64,000 nucleotides of DNA from assembly GCF_036321535.1 (NCBI RefSeq), contig NC_087436.1:81532001-81596000 (forward strand). The letters are read 5' to 3'. The notes under the pieces are model-generated. The model was not told the origin of the DNA. It ran no database searches and worked only from the letters and a program-made list of their open reading frames with translations. Origin of the DNA: Camelus dromedarius. Taxonomy: Eukaryota. A program made the position numbers and the translations under genes. Shown piece by piece: positions 25,801 through 40,237 of this stretch (within the stretch, counting starts at the first letter, position 1; the number at the start of each line of letters is the position of its first letter).

Positions 25801-26989
25801 CTACTCATGCTAAATGCTTCATCCATAGTAAAAACAAACAAAAAAACAAATGTCAAAGTTGACAATATACTAAAGTTTTGAACCTCTATGTTTTTTAATT
25901 GAATAATGGGCAACGTGGAGAAATATTAGACCATTATAGGAGTAATATGATTTCAAAAAATTGTAAGTCATGAACCATGTCCATCTCTTTTTGAAAACAA
26001 TAACAAAGCTTTTACATTTTGACAAGTAGACTCAGTGGAGGTAGGAAAGAAGGGGCAGTGATGTTATGAGTCTTCCTTAAATTCTACTTAGTATTAACAC
26101 ACGAAAAGCAACAGAGGAATGTTTTCTCTTCCTTTACATACATCGATCATATAATTAACTGGCTGGTATTTAGAAGGAAATGTATGTACACATATTGAAC
26201 TCTATTTGTGTTTAGAGTTAGAAAAGCAAGTTCAAAATGTTACAATTATTTCTTAACAATAAACACAATATTTTAGTTTCCTTCTAAGTGACATTTTCAG
26301 CCTAATATACTGTATTTGTTATGGCATTTCTATCTAGCATTTTAATATTTGGATCTGGGCAAACATCTCTTTTTGTTTATTTTAAATTTATTTCTGTCTC
26401 AATCTCTAGGCTCTCTGTAACTTTTAAATATGTTCAGTAGATTCAGTTGTGTCTTAATTGTCTCACAACATAAGGGACTTTTGAAGGAACACCTTAGGAT
26501 TAACATTTTTATTTTTTGTATCATTTTTCTCTCCAATGAACATGTTTAGGGAAGTTCTCCCTTTCCCCTACCTGAAAATAGACTTCAGTTCACCCAGCTG
26601 GGATAGAGTCTGAGTGGGAAGGGATTAGGAAATGCCAACTGGTTGCAACAGTCAGGGTTCAACTCCAAGGAAAAGCCTAGAAACGTAGAAAATCCAGTTT
26701 GAAGCCAGAGAGGCAAAATCAAGAAATGGTAACAGATTGGGATCAAACTAAAGAGGAGTGTGGAGATGTAAATCCTGAGAAATTGCTTCAAGAACATGCC
26801 ATCCAGCATGTCACTGGATTTTACAGGTCAGTGGCTTGACGGGAAGAGCTCAAAATGGGGGAGTGGAGGAAAAAGCCACATTGGATGTCTACCTTGCTCA
26901 TTTATCTTATGCTGCAAATAAGGCAGTATAGAGGCTGCAATAACCAAGCATATCTACAGATAATAAAACCAGCGGGCACATTTCTCATT

Positions 26990-27373
26990 TACAGTGGCCG
27001 CTACTGCAATGCCCAGCTTCCCTCTTCATGACTGAGCCACTCATCTCACACAGCTAAGCCTTTTCTCAGGACTGGTCCACTGCTAAAGGAAGCTTTCTGC
27101 CAAAGATTACACCCCTTTCTCAACAAATCAGGGTATGATCCCAGCCCCTGCCAACACATCCACCCTTTGTCCTAACTTAAGACCTCTCCGTAGGGTCATC
27201 TCAACTTCACAGTTACCCGTGGAATCAGCTGAAGCCTCTGCTGCAATTTCACTGCTGTTGCTGAGCTCTGTCCATGATGCTTTCCCCACCTCCTTCCAGG
27301 TGTCTTCCTAAAAGCCTCCCGCAACGAATTGCCCTCTGGATCAGAATATGTTTCCCAGGAATCCAACCTAGAA
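26990..27373 (+). mobile_element. LTR16-like ERVL LTR followed by internal sequence (~27374-27580, resuming ~28400-28610)
   Basis: LTR end tgtttcccaggaatccaacctagaaa followed by gttgataccagga (internal start). Confidence 0.6.
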
Positions 27374-27579
27374 AAGTTGATACCAGGAATAGTTCTGGGA
27401 AGCCAACTTTAAGGTGGGAATTTAGATGTGCATAATCTGTCCGGAAAGGACCATCCCAACACTAGTAATAAGGTAGCATGCAGTAGCGGAATATGCGTTA
27501 CAACTTTCACAGGTGATGACCTGGGATGAAAGCACCAGCAGGTGCAATATCTCAGACACCTGAGAGGTTGAAGGGCCAT

Positions 27580-28400
27580 CATAATTAAACGTGCTATGAA
27601 TAAGGGAATGCCAAAGGGATACAAGAGCCAACCTGAAAAAGTTCCCAATGGCCAAATGGGAAACAAGTTAAGTAACAAAATAAATAATCCACTATTGGAT
27701 TGTAACCCAAAACATAAAATAAATATCTATGAGTCCATATTGGTATAAATAAATTATTAAACAAATAAACAGGGGAGAAGAATCTCTCTTCAGAAGGGTG
27801 CAAAATAATTTGTTGATATCCCCCCAACTAGGAGGTGAAACTTAACTTCCACTCCACCTTCTCACCCCCTACCCCTCAGAATGAACTCCCTTAGTGACTT
27901 ATCCAAAGAGTATACAAGAAAAGGGAGGGAAAAAGTAACTTTACAGTGGAGAGAACTGGCCAACACTACCTCAAAGAGGTGTTCAAGGTTAAATCATCAG
28001 TGATAAGTCATATTGATTGCATGCACCTTCTATATGATGTGATGAGAATGGCACTTCAACTTTGCGGGCTTCTCCCAAAAACTTCTGACCCCAGTCTAAC
28101 CACAAGAGAAGCATCAGACAAACCCAAATCAAAAGACATTCTGAAAAAAAAAAAAAACTTGACCAGTTTGCCTCAAAAATATTAAGCATTGAGGACAAGG
28201 AAAGTCTAAGAAACTATTCACAGACCAGAGAAGTCTAGGAAAACATGATGACCAAACATGACAAATATATCATGGTGACGTAGGATGCTAACAACTAGAG
28301 GGAACTGAGTCAACAATATACAGAAATTCGCTGAGCTGTCTGCAAATTTTCTGTATATCCAAAACTATTCTAAAATAAAATGTTAATGTAATTTTTTTTA
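27580..28400 (+). mobile_element. L1MC-like 3' end inserted in ERVL internal sequence
   Basis: agtaactttacagtggagagaactggccaacactacct, agcatcagacaaacccaaat, aaaactattctaaaataaaa. Confidence 0.8.
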
Positions 28401-29149
28401 AGAACCATGGGATCAAAAGGCTACTGCTAGGAAATGTCAGTGTATTTGAGAAAAGCAATGGAAGGTGGAAGGTGATTAATCATCGGGTAGTGACCAAGTA
28501 TGCAAATCAGAGGATCTCCCTCACAGCATATGAAGGGATTCTCATTTCTTGCAGCTGGAGGGGAAAAAAAGCTAAAGATCAGACTCAGGATCTAATCAGA
28601 AGAGCAATCCAGCACCTGGAACAGAGTAAGTGCTCAATAACTGTTATGCTCAATTCTTATGCTTCTTTTTGAGATATACAGTCGCTTTAGAGAAGAAAGG
28701 GTATTTTTGCTAAGAAAATAGATATAGTAATAAAAAATATATTGCTAAAAATGCAGACTGACATTTTAGCAAAAGCTGTAAAAGAATCTGCCCTACATAT
28801 TTACTGACAATTGATGATATAGAATATTGAAGACAGTCCATTGCTATATGTGGATAATGAGACACTGTTATTTCTCACAAAGGATTTGCATTTACTTCAG
28901 ATAAGTTTAAAGAATTTGTAGACAGTCCCTTTATCTCAACTATCCCAGGAGCCAAGTTTAAACGACAGGGTAGAAAAGACTAATAGAGGCATTTAGCCAA
29001 AGTGACTTGCCAAGTTTCTTACCGCTTAATCTATCACTCCAAATAACTACATGAGTCAGTCCTTGGAAGTAATTCAAGGGGTGATACTTCAAGACTAGCC
29101 TTAACCATGCCCACTCAGGAAAACTGTGTTATTACAAGTGAAAACCTGA

Positions 29150-29390
29150 TATGCATGGCAAATATTAGTTGACCGTATATGTACAGGTTTGTTTCTGGGC
29201 TCTCGATTCTGTTCCATTGATTTACATGTCTACTTTTATGCCAACATCATACTTTTTTATTACTATAATTTTATAATATACTTTGAAATCTGTAAGTGTG
29301 ATGGCTCAAGCTTTGTTCTTTCTCAAGATTGCTTTGACTATCCAGGGGGTTGTTGTTCCATATGAATGCTAGTATTGTTTGTTCTAGGAA
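29150..29390 (-). mobile_element. L1 ORF2 fragment
   Basis: ttgaccgtatatgt..ggtttgtttctgggctctcgattctgttccattga...gctttgttctttctcaagattgcttt. Confidence 0.85.
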
Positions 29391-30349
29391 GCATATTTCA
29401 ATACATCAGTTAAATAGCCATATGGTAATTTGTGTATTGAAAATTTTCATTCATTACTCAATCAACAAACATGTACTGGGTACTATCTATGTGCCAATCC
29501 TTGTGCTGAGCACTGAGGATAAGCAGTTAAGCCTAACATGTTTGTGTACTTCGTAGAGTTCTAGGCCTAATGGCAAGCCAATCTTTAGGAATCTACCTGA
29601 TTAATAAAACTACTTTTAAGGAAAAATAAAGGTATAATGTTTTTATGGTTGCAATATCCTCTAAAACATACTTTATTCAATTTCTTATCAGTTTTCAGTT
29701 GCTGAATTCTCTAAGTTGGAGAGTAGCTCTTCTGCAGTAAGATTCAATTTGCCACTGATTCCTTACACCAAGAAATGTAAAGACATATAATATATAAGCA
29801 CTTGAGGTTATTGTTACTCAGTTTAAAGTCAATTTCCGTGATTTTTATGTGCATTCCAAGGATCCCAACAGTTAAAGACAACAACATTACCCTGACTTGG
29901 CAAAGCAAATCTAATATATTTATAGCCTCTTTATCTTAAGCTACAATCTTGTTTCATTGTAGATCTAGGCAATTATTTAAAAACAAGCAGTGCATACACA
30001 TGAATATTTGTAGATATATATAACTGCATATGTAGAGATTTTGGTCCTTAGGCCCATAGCCCCAGCTGTCCAAGCAGCCATACTTTGTACCTTTTGAGCC
30101 ACCTCCACCACCACAGCTGACTGGACTGGGCTGACCCAGGACAGACAGCTACATGAAGTCTCTTGTGTTCTGGCTCAAAATTGTCATCTGCGTCAACCAT
30201 ATTTTTTGTCTTGAAAATTTGGAATTGGAAAATTAAGAGACTGTTTAAGTTAAATGAAGGAATAAGTTGTGTTTTAAAATGAGGCTATGGAAGTGTAAGA
30301 AGAAAGCACATACTACGATAACAATACAGTTTAGTTATCACTAAAATTT

Positions 30350-30640
30350 CGTATTTGCTACAATTTATTAAGCACTTACCCTATGTACCCAAAACTACAC
30401 TAAATACTTTACATGCATTATTTCATTTAATTTTCAATAACAATGTTACTGAAATATTATCTATCTCATAGGGTTTCAACAATAACCCTATGAGGTAGAG
30501 ACTCCTTTTAGCCACATTTTACAAATTAGGAAACTGAGTCACATGGAGGGTAACTAACTTGCCCCAAATCACATATTTGTGTAAAACCAAAATTCAATCC
30601 CTAACAATCTGATTCCTTTTTCTTATCCACTGCACAATAC
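30350..30640 (-). mobile_element. MIR
   Basis: aataaccctatgaggtag...cattttaca...ggaaactgag...taacttgccc. Confidence 0.8.
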
Positions 30641-31804
30641 TTCCAGTGATATGAGAAAATGGAAACTAAGAAACCGTAAGACAAGAAGATCATGTCATTC
30701 CCTGAAAAAGAAAGAGAATCTAACGTAAATCTTTACAAATCTAGTTCCCTTAAAGACTGACTATAATATACAGCCTGTCCTTTTGGCTCATATAAGATTT
30801 CTATATCCTTAAAATCAAATATGCCAAATAAACATAATTTATATATGTGATTATATAAGCTTAACAAATTGCTTTACTTATGATTCCTTCTAACCTGGCT
30901 CAATATATTTAAACAATCACCCAAAAAACATGCCTTCCACGAATTATTTTTTAAAAAATCACCGTGGTACTCTTTGTTTGAGGGATATCATGATTCTGAA
31001 ATTGAAATTAGGCTTATTATTATTGAAATTACAATGAATTATTTTTAATTATCAAAGAGTAAAAAGTACGTCTTGTCAAAGAACTCAATTAAAATATTTA
31101 TTCAGTAGCTATTATTGCGTTGTTTAAGGCATTGAGGATACAGCAATGAACAAACCAAACATAGAAGAATTCCTACCTTCATTAAATTTACATTCTATCT
31201 GTACAGGACAATGGTATATTACAAGATCCATGCCAACAGGCAACTTCTAAGAGAATGATGCCAAACCACAACTTCAGACTGCAAGGCCAGAGCTGACCAA
31301 GTTCATCCACATAATTGAAAATGAGAACACTCTTATGAGAAATCTCACTGAATGAGCCCACTGGTTCAGTTTGACATTTGACATTTTTAAGAACTATTTA
31401 CACACTATGGTCATGATAAGTCATAAAGTATAGTAACTGTCCAAAATGAGAAGCTTATTTGCTCATGCCCATTCCAGCTGACTGACTTCCTAGATGAATT
31501 CTGTATGAGAACACAATAAAATTCAGATGGTGTTGATGATTTTGAACTGGACATACAGAATAGTAATTAAAGTCTGCAGTGCTAATAATAGACTCAGTAA
31601 ATCAGTATTATTAAATTTCTGTATCAGATAACATAAAATTTGGGGATTAAAAAAGAAAGCAAGAAAGGTTATCTCAGCATGGTTTTTAACACAAAGTAGA
31701 ATTTACATAAAAATGAGACACCCAACATTTCCTTATAAATAGACATACCTCAAATACCAAAAGAGGCCACTTAGAAATACACATGCAGTTCCTTCCCACC
31801 CTCT

Positions 31805-34800
31805 TGTAATACAGAGTCTGATTTCATTTTTGATGTTTGATGTCCGTTTTCCAGTTTTCCCCTTTCCCCCTCCTTTCCTGCTCAACATCTGGGAAAGCTG
31901 TTAAGAAAGCTCAGATGCTCCCTCTTTTGGTGACTTCAGGAAGTTCAAAGCACTCAAGCCCTGACCCACGCACACAAGAACCCTTGTCCCAGCCCCACCC
32001 CGAACCACAATAAAATCTCAAGCCAGTCTCCTTTCCCTGTTCTCTCAACCCATTTTTTGGACCTGCTTAGGAAGCCTTTCCCTGTCTGTTCCCCCTAGAT
32101 AGTCACATTATGTGAGTGACAAGCCTTTTCATACCTTTTTGGTGCACATATGGTATCATCAGTCTTGACATATGAAGCAAATGTTGGGTGGGAGATCCAT
32201 CTCTCCTCCTGCATTTGCTGAGTCTTCTCAAGCTTCTGTTATGGATTCAACTGACCACCATCTGAAGTTTCACAAGTTGGCATTTAGGACAGGAGTATGG
32301 AATCGGGGCCCTCCTTCGAGTGGCCGTGGATCACGTGTCTGGACCTGGACCTATCTGTCAGTCATGTGTCTTGATTCTAACACACACTGCCGCTGACACA
32401 AGGCTCAGGGTCTGTGTTTCACCGAGGAACTGGCCTCTTCTTTAGAGTGCTCAGGAGAAAGGCTCGTATCCTCTACAACATGCAGGCCCCTTGGGAGGTC
32501 TCTTGTGTGGAGGAAAAGCAGTTACTGTGTGGCATGCTGAGGTCACACTCATAAAAGCAGATGGCTAAAACCAGGACACTCTAAGCTGCCTTTGCTAATG
32601 CTGCTGCCTATACCTCTATCAACAACAAAGCTCTTTACCCTTAGGATTATAGAGAAAAACACCCATGAGTCCCCCCTGACACAGCCAAGGGGTGAGTCCA
32701 CACCCAACATCAGCCTGAGTTCCTTCAACCCTATAAAGCAAACACTGACATAGAAGAGAACCCTCATCTTTAAGATACCGATATGAGGCTTCTGGAAGAA
32801 GAAACATAAATATGAGCAGTGTAGAGAGGACCTCCTTCCTACTGAGGTATACCCAACAGCAACAAAACAACAACAAACTCATACAGGAGATGGAAACAAA
32901 AAACTGAAACAGAAGGCCACACTTGGACTGGAAATCCAAATTTCGTTAAAAGAATTTATACAACAAAAAGATAAAAGGGAACTGATTGGCTTTTATGCCT
33001 CTGCCAAGTAGGTTCTGAATTAAATTTAATATCTATTGAAATGCACCAACTGCCAAACTCTCATAACCTCAATCAATTCTGGGATTCAAATTCCAGTTAA
33101 ACCTGGGAATCCTACTAAATTTAAACAGAGTACCATCTATAGTCATAGGAAAGTTACAAAACATAAAATAGAGATAAATGTCTATGCCTTACCTCAACCC
33201 CCAGGAACTACTACCTTGCCTAAATTTCCCATAGCCACGGTGTCCATGGCCCTAAAATCTCCCATAGTGACTGTGGATACTCTGACCCAATGAGTGATAA
33301 ATTAAAATTAAATTAAGCCTTTGGTCCTTGCAGTTGGCCTGATAAAAAGGGACTCCACACCTTCCCCTTCAAGAATTGTTATAAGACCTATATTAAAAAA
33401 AGGGTGATAATGGCCACTCTTCCTCCATTAACAGCCAAACTGGGCCTTTTCTTAAACCTAGAATGAATGGCACCTCCTAATGGGTTACAGTAACTTCACA
33501 TTGTGGCCTCGCCCATTAAGGTCCCCACACTCACTATTACTGAAATGATTGATTCCAGCCCATCAGCCATTGCTATATATTTTGCTATTATAGATTTCAT
33601 TAACATGTTCTCTTCAATGCCTATTTCAGCAGCCTCTCAGTCACAGTTTAACGTCTGCCTTCACCTTTGCAGGCACATAATGTACCCTTACCTGGCTACC
33701 CCTGCTTGAGTACTTCAACAGCTCTGCCATGACACACAGTCCTTGCGGCAAGGTCTAAACTTCATCCAACTTTCTCCAGGAGCAAATATTAATCACACTG
33801 ATGACATCCTCCTCCAAGGAGATCCAATTGACACACTTAGTCAAACATTCATAAAAGCTCACAAAAAAGGGACAGGGGTTGCCCCACACATAGTACAAGG
33901 CCCCATCACCTCAGTTAAATCACTGAAAACTACCTGGTAAGCCAAGGGTCACTCCATCCCTGACATTATCCAGAAACAGTCATTAAACTTCAGCACTCAC
34001 AGTGTTAAAGCAAGCCCAGCATCTTTTAGACCTTCCTGGATTCAGGAGGCAACATATTCTTCATTTACAAATTTTACTTAAGCCCGTTTATGCTGTTCCT
34101 TACAAATTAGCCCAAGGCAAATGAGACCTCTTACAACAAAAGGCTTAGACTGTCCAAACCGGAATACAGAAGGCACACCCACTAGTGCCCCCTGCCTCCT
34201 TGAGCCTTCTTTACAAAGAAGGCTTTATTTGGAAACTTCCTCTCATGTTCCCTGGAATCTCTGGCCCACCCATAATGGACATAAATTGCACATGGACTGT
34301 GATACAAGAAACTGCCCTCCTCAGCTACATACCATCAGAATGGCATTTGCTAGAAGCATTCTGCAGTCTCCTTAGAAGAGAGGCTCTCACAGGGCCTGAG
34401 TACAAGATCCTCCACACTCAGCAGCACGAACCTCATGCCTTGGGTCCCAGAAGCACACCCTGCAAGATCAGCACTGCCACGAGGCTTCCTTGCTACATGA
34501 CAGAGCCAAGCCCGGGCCCTCTGACAAAGCCTACTGCAGGAGGAGGTGGCCTCCCCTATTCCAGCCTCCCTCCTCTCCCCCTTTGCACTTCTGCCCCACT
34601 TCTGCCCTAGCTGATAAGAAAGCCCCAGGTTCTCCCTGCTATGGCAGCAGTGGGATGTTCAAATCACACAAGCCCTGGGCCAGGCATAAAGAAACTCCTA
34701 CCCTGGCCCCGTCCCTTAACCATGATAAACTCCTAAGCCAGTCTCTGCTCCCTGCTTTCTCATGACATTTTTAGATCTGCTTCGGCACATGCCCTGCTCT

Positions 34801-34933
34801 CCCCAGAAAGCTCCGTTATATGAGCAATAAGCATTTTCATACCCTCTTGGTATGTGTGTGACATCATTAGTCTCAACATCCAAGTTAAATTTGGGGTGGG
34901 TGTCTGTCCTCCCTCTGCAGGGTGAGCACAGCA
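31805..34933 (+). mobile_element. Degraded ERVL-class provirus (LTR52-like LTRs plus internal gag/pro/pol remnant)
   Basis: Two homologous LTRs (~31805-32274 and ~34560-34933), agttggc at internal start, TSD cctct/cccct, RT remnants YFAIIDFINMFSSMPIS..SQSQF and HTDDILLQGD. Confidence 0.85.
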
Positions 34934-35223
34934 CCCCTCTACATTAATGCATTAAACATGCCACAGTTTTTATTTTAAATCTTTTTTGAGCTCTGGCCTA
35001 GTTACCACTCTTTAAAACCCAGAATTCTATACACAGGAGCTAGCTCCCTCCCTCAATTCTGATGATCTGAGGACACACACAAATCAAACTTCCCTAAAGT
35101 TTTCAGGTACAAACATTGACTGACTACACACTACAGGCCTGGAATTCTGTCTGCTACACGCTAAGGATACAGTGGAGCTTCTGATCTAATGGGAAAGACA
35201 GACATTTATCAAAACCATTTCTA

Positions 35224-35310
35224 GGGGAGGGGGCAGCTCAGTGGTAGAGTGTGTGCTCAGCATGCACAGGGTCCTGGGTTCAATCCCCAGTACCTCCATT
35301 AAAAAAGAAA
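35224..35310 (+). mobile_element. tRNA-derived camelid SINE, short form
   Basis: ggggagggggcagctcagtggtagagtgtgtgctcagcatgcac..gtcctgggttcaatccccagtacctcc plus A-rich tail. Confidence 0.88.
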
Positions 35311-35741
35311 ATCCAGAAATGCCAATTTTGCACTGTGACAAGTTCCAGAGAAGAAAAGTATATTATGTCATGTGGACCTATTATAATGGGATCAGTCCTA
35401 GACAGTCAGAAAGAGTAAGGATTTGAGATTCATAGATAGATAGATATTAAGGACTTAAGGCTGAAGGCTGAAGAGTGAGCAGAAATGAACTAGATAAATT
35501 AATGAGAGTCACCGCTGATAGAAATAAAATCTTAAATACAATTCTCTATGAAAATCAAGCCTCATTTATTCTGCAGTAATCTAAAATTTAGAGACAGCAG
35601 ATGTTTAGTTGGCCTAAAGAAACCCTGAAGTTAACTATTCCCAATTAGTGTGGAAATTCAACTGCTAAAGTACATTAATATCCTAGGGGGAAAAAGTTTC
35701 AGTACCCACTCAAGAATCTGAAGTTTAACAGATTTGGTTTC

Positions 35742-36258
35742 CATGCAGAATAGAGTTAATAGCAGGCCTGATACTGCTATCCTTAAAAAGGCCCGCTTCA
35801 AAGTTTGCTCACTGGCCAGAGTATGGGAACCCTGGATTTGAGGCGCGTTCCCACCACTGCCAGAACTAATAAGAATGTCAAAACTGTGTGTACAATGTGG
35901 TTTACGCTGAACACCTGCTTTCCTTCTAAGACTCTCAAATTTTTGAACATGCCAGGCAGAGGGAACTACATGACTCAACTCCAATAAAAGTCTTGGGCAG
36001 TGAGTCTGCAGTGAGCTTCCCTGGTAGCCACATTGTCACAGTTTGTCGCTGCAGGAATTAGACATGTTCTCTGAGACTTTGCTGAGAGTGGACGCGCAGA
36101 AGCTTGTGTCTGATTTCCTTCAGTTCAGCCCATGTGCCTGTTCCTTTTGGTGATTGTGCACTGCATCCTTTCACTGTAATGAATCCTAGGTGTGAGTAGG
36201 ACTCCATTCTGAGTCCTCTGAGTCCAAAGCTGGCAGTAGTCATGGTGACCCTGACATT
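35742..36258 (+). mobile_element. Solo ERVL LTR (MER68-like)
   Basis: Start tgcagaatagagttaatagcaggcctga.actgctatcctt; end ggtgaccctgaca. Confidence 0.8.
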
Positions 36259-36391
36259 GTTCCCATATTTTGTCAGTAAAATAATAGGGAAGGGTGAATA
36301 TATCATTTATTCCTATTTTAAAATTCTTATACTTAATGATTATTAATAAAATACTAACACATATTATTCGCCTAGCCATATTTAAAAGTAA

Positions 36392-36448
36392 CAGGGGAAC
36401 TACATTCAATATCTTGTAATAACCTATAAGGAAAGAGAATATGAAAAA

Positions 36449-36486
<38 letters not shown>

Positions 36487-36608
36487 CTGAATCACTGTGC
36501 TGTATATCAGCAACTGACACAACACTGTAAATCAACTATACTTCAATAAAAAAATTAATTAAATAAATAAATAGATGCAAATTAAACTAAAAAAGAAAGA
36601 AAAATAAA
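36392..36608 (+). mobile_element. L1 3' end containing (AT)17
   Basis: gggaactacattcaatatcttgtaataacctata...actgaatcact...tcaactatacttcaataaa; microsatellite 36451-36485. Confidence 0.9.
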
Positions 36609-38279
36609 TAAAGGCAATAGGGAATATTTCCAGAAGTCACTGTACTCTTGATGCGCATGGATTCAAGCTTCATTGTTAAGTTTTTTTCCTATATATTCTC
36701 TATAAATTTTTCCATTCATATTTACCCTATTAGATACTCAGATATTTACATAGCTGTAGATGAGACACAGATATACACACTCATACACATTTCAAAAGAG
36801 AACGCGTAGACACAGAGACGTCTAACAGCAGATTCCTCTTTGAGAGTAGATTAAGAAAAACTTTTTCATTATGACAGATTAATGCAAGTGGTCCTTGTAT
36901 CAAACTAATTAAATATGGAATTTCATTTTTTTTAAGTTAAAAATACTTTTCATTACATAGGGCTTTCTGGCTTTCTGGCTTTCAGCATGTGCTCATACAC
37001 TTGATTCTCACTGAGGTGAGCTTGGCAGGCCCGATTTTATAAAAAAAGAATCTAAGTGATACCTAACAGGCAAGTTTCTGAACTATCACTTGAGTGTCTA
37101 AACAGCCAATGTTTACTCCTTAGACTTTACCAGACTTTCAGTAAGAAGTTATATTTCAAGGTCATAGCGCATTTTAGAGTCCTTGGATGGTGTCAAATAT
37201 AACGGGAAGAAATGTAATTAAATCTTAAAATAGAAGAAGATAAACTTAGCATATTACTGTTAGCATTTTATTAGTTAAAAGATTATTATTTCAGTGTCAA
37301 TGATTATGGTACATTATACCAGAATTTTAAAATGTTTTGAAATTTATTTATAGGAAACAAGTTAATATAGTAAAGCGCATCAAACCCTGAATATATTTTC
37401 CTGCTAATATTTAAATTCAACACTGTGAATTACACATTATTTCAGGTTCTGAATGGGCTACCCTACAATGTAGCAATCCGGGAGGACACCATCACTTTAA
37501 TTTTTCCTCAAGAATTTCAAAGATGGTTCTAGAAAGTAAAAAATGACAGATGTGTCAGTTTACTTTTCTATTCCATGTTAGGACAACACACTGAGGAATT
37601 CTGTATTCTACATTACAAGTATAACTGAAGACCATTTCCATAGTGAGAATGAATTCCTAAGAGTCTGATACGGCTGTCCCTGACATTTACCAATTTCATG
37701 TCAAATGATTATAGGTCCTGCATGTGAGAAATCTATACTCCCAAGGCATTGTAAATCCAGTTCACCTGACTTCACTTAGTAGCATGTTTTCAATGGATTT
37801 GATGGATTGCTTTACCTGGTTTTTGAAAAAAAACATTTTACGTCCAATAATAACACATTGTGAATGTCACAATTTGTCTTGTCAGTTGTGATGACATAAA
37901 GCCCGTGATACACCAGAAATGAGAAGGGGGCTTTCTCACACTGTTCCTCACATGTTTGTTCTCCTGGAGGTAGAAAAATGTAAATATCTACTTTGCAGAA
38001 TATTAAAAACTATTTGGAAAAAAGACAAATAGGATTATTCTCAGGTCTTTAAGAGTATTTTCCCATCTGTCAGCAAAATTGATTACAAGGTAGGGTTTGT
38101 CCTAAAAGACATTTAGACCAGCCTTGGGGATTGTGTATGGCCAAACTAAAAATCTTCAGAGACTCTCAAAGAATGTTATTCTCACACAGGAGGGTAAAAA
38201 AAAAGAAACAAAACAACATTGACAGGGATCTTCCCAACCTACCCAAGATCAAGTATCTCTGACCCTCATGGAATGACCA

Positions 38280-38730
38280 CTACCTGCCTCTCTAGATTTC
38301 TTTTCTGACTGTACTTCACATTTTAACAATCTTAAATTGCTTACAATATCTCACGATACCATGTGCTGTCTCCCTACCCCTTCCCTCATGCAGTTTTTTC
38401 TCCCTAAAATCCTTCTCTCGCACACTCCTACTTTTTAACCTATTTTTTATATTTTAAGCTTCACTTAAGATATAAATTCATCCTAGAAGCCTCATTAGAC
38501 CACTCCTGCCAGATCCAGTCTATGAAAACTGCTCCAGTGCACTCCCAAGATACCACAGGCATATTTCTACCACTCTCTTTATCTTACAACTACAAATGCC
38601 TGTTACTCATAGTACCATGGAGCTCTTGAGGAAGGGAATATCTCTTACTCATGTTTGCATCCCCAGCATCTTACACAGGACCAGCCACAATGGTAGGCAT
38701 ACAACACATATTTGCTGAATGAATGAATGA
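38280..38730 (+). mobile_element. L2 3' end
   Basis: gcatccccagca...atttgctgaatgaatgaatga tail. Confidence 0.7.
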
Positions 38731-39377
38731 GTACCGACTCCCAGATAAGGTATGGCTTCAGTCAACCTAGCTTTATGTCTTAATTCAAGTCCTTCGTGAA
38801 TAACAATGACTACATACTACACATCGAGTCCATGTTTCAATTTTACTCATTTTACTAAAAAACAAGACTATGCATAGTCCTAAACATAGCAACATTCAAT
38901 GATAGTTCTATAAGACCTCTGAATTTGCTCTTTCCGAGAAATCAAAAATACTCCATGTATTAAAATTTTCAACCTCCATTATGAGTTTGCCAGGCAACTA
39001 CAGGTTGTCCACCAACACTCTATTGAACTTTGGGGAAGTTTAAACATAAAGAGCCCAATTAAATCCCAATGGGAAAAACAAGGTCACATTCCAGGATCCA
39101 TGGGAAGTTTAATTCCTTCATATCTACTGCCCACACTCCCAGATACATCCATTATGCACCATTAAAATATTTTCAATGAGCTAAAATTTGGTTATAATAA
39201 AATAATAAAGTAGCCGTTGTGAAAAGACCATATGGCAGCAATATGCATGCAAGGTCATCAAGATGAATTCACAGTACACCCACACCTGAAATGGAAAACC
39301 TCATTGCATTAGTCAAGTTTATCAAGCTTCAATCACGTAGAAATAACTTTCAAAACTCTGTAAGAATCTAGGCTCTC

Positions 39378-39551
39378 AGTGGGGAGGGCATAGCTCAGTG
39401 GTAGAGCACGTACTTAGCACGCATGAAGACCTAGGCTCAACCCCCAGTACCTCCAGTAAAATAAATAAATAGATAAACCTAATTACCTTCCCCCCAAAAC
39501 AAACAAACAAAAATCTTTTAATAAATAAAAAATAAATTTAACAACCAAAAA
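39378..39551 (+). mobile_element. tRNA-derived camelid SINE (Vic-1 type)
   Basis: ggggagggcatagctcagtggtagagc...; perfect 16-bp TSD aagaatctaggctctc (39362-39377 and 39552-39567). Confidence 0.93.
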
Positions 39552-40203
39552 AAGAATCTAGGCTCTCTTCTCCAGCACCTGTCTTTGTATGTAAACAGTA
39601 TCCATTCCATAGTAGGAAAAACTGATATATTCTGTTATGAAGGAAATTACTCACATTTTGATATTCACCAAAAATGCAGGGAAACAACTGGCTTTTCATT
39701 GTGGGCCACATTAAAAACATGAAATAGACAGGAATGTTCTTATTTTGTGGTTTGTAAGATGACAAATGCAACTCTTTTGGATTTTATTTTATGAAAATAA
39801 TTTCCAGATTAAAATTAAAATGACATGTTCATAGAACAATTCTGAATTGTCAGAATGCAAAATAATCAGTCATGGTTTGGAAAAAAACTATTTCTCAGTT
39901 TTTATCTTTAAGTGATTATAGAAAAACTAAATTCACACAATTTGGTTGATTACAAAATATATTTACCATTGAGGACTGTCTTTCTTTTAGCAGGTTATTA
40001 ATTTCTTTTTTAAATGGGAGATCAATCACGTGAACTGTCTGTGTATGAATTATCATATGATTCTAAATTGTACCACTTAAAGAAAATAGCACATAACACA
40101 TAAAGAGAGTTGGGCTTATTCACTTCTAAGAAAATATTCAAAACAAATGTGAGGGAACTATGCCTGTCCTGAAAACCCACTGTTTGCTGCTAATTTTCAA
40201 AAC

Positions 40204-40237
40204 AGACTATCTCCACTAATAGACTATCTCCACTAAT
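40204..40237. repeat. Perfect 17-bp tandem duplication
   Basis: agactatctccactaat x2. Confidence 0.95.

Noticed and set aside
33036..34765. Cluster of + strand ORFs as a gene
   Set aside because: Decayed ERVL pro/pol and LTR sequence. The catalytic YxDD reads HTDD and frames are broken.
35224..35300. tRNA genes (also at 13.9, 39.4 and 53.7 kb)
   Set aside because: A/B boxes belong to tRNA-derived SINEs with A-rich tails, three of the four with clear TSDs.
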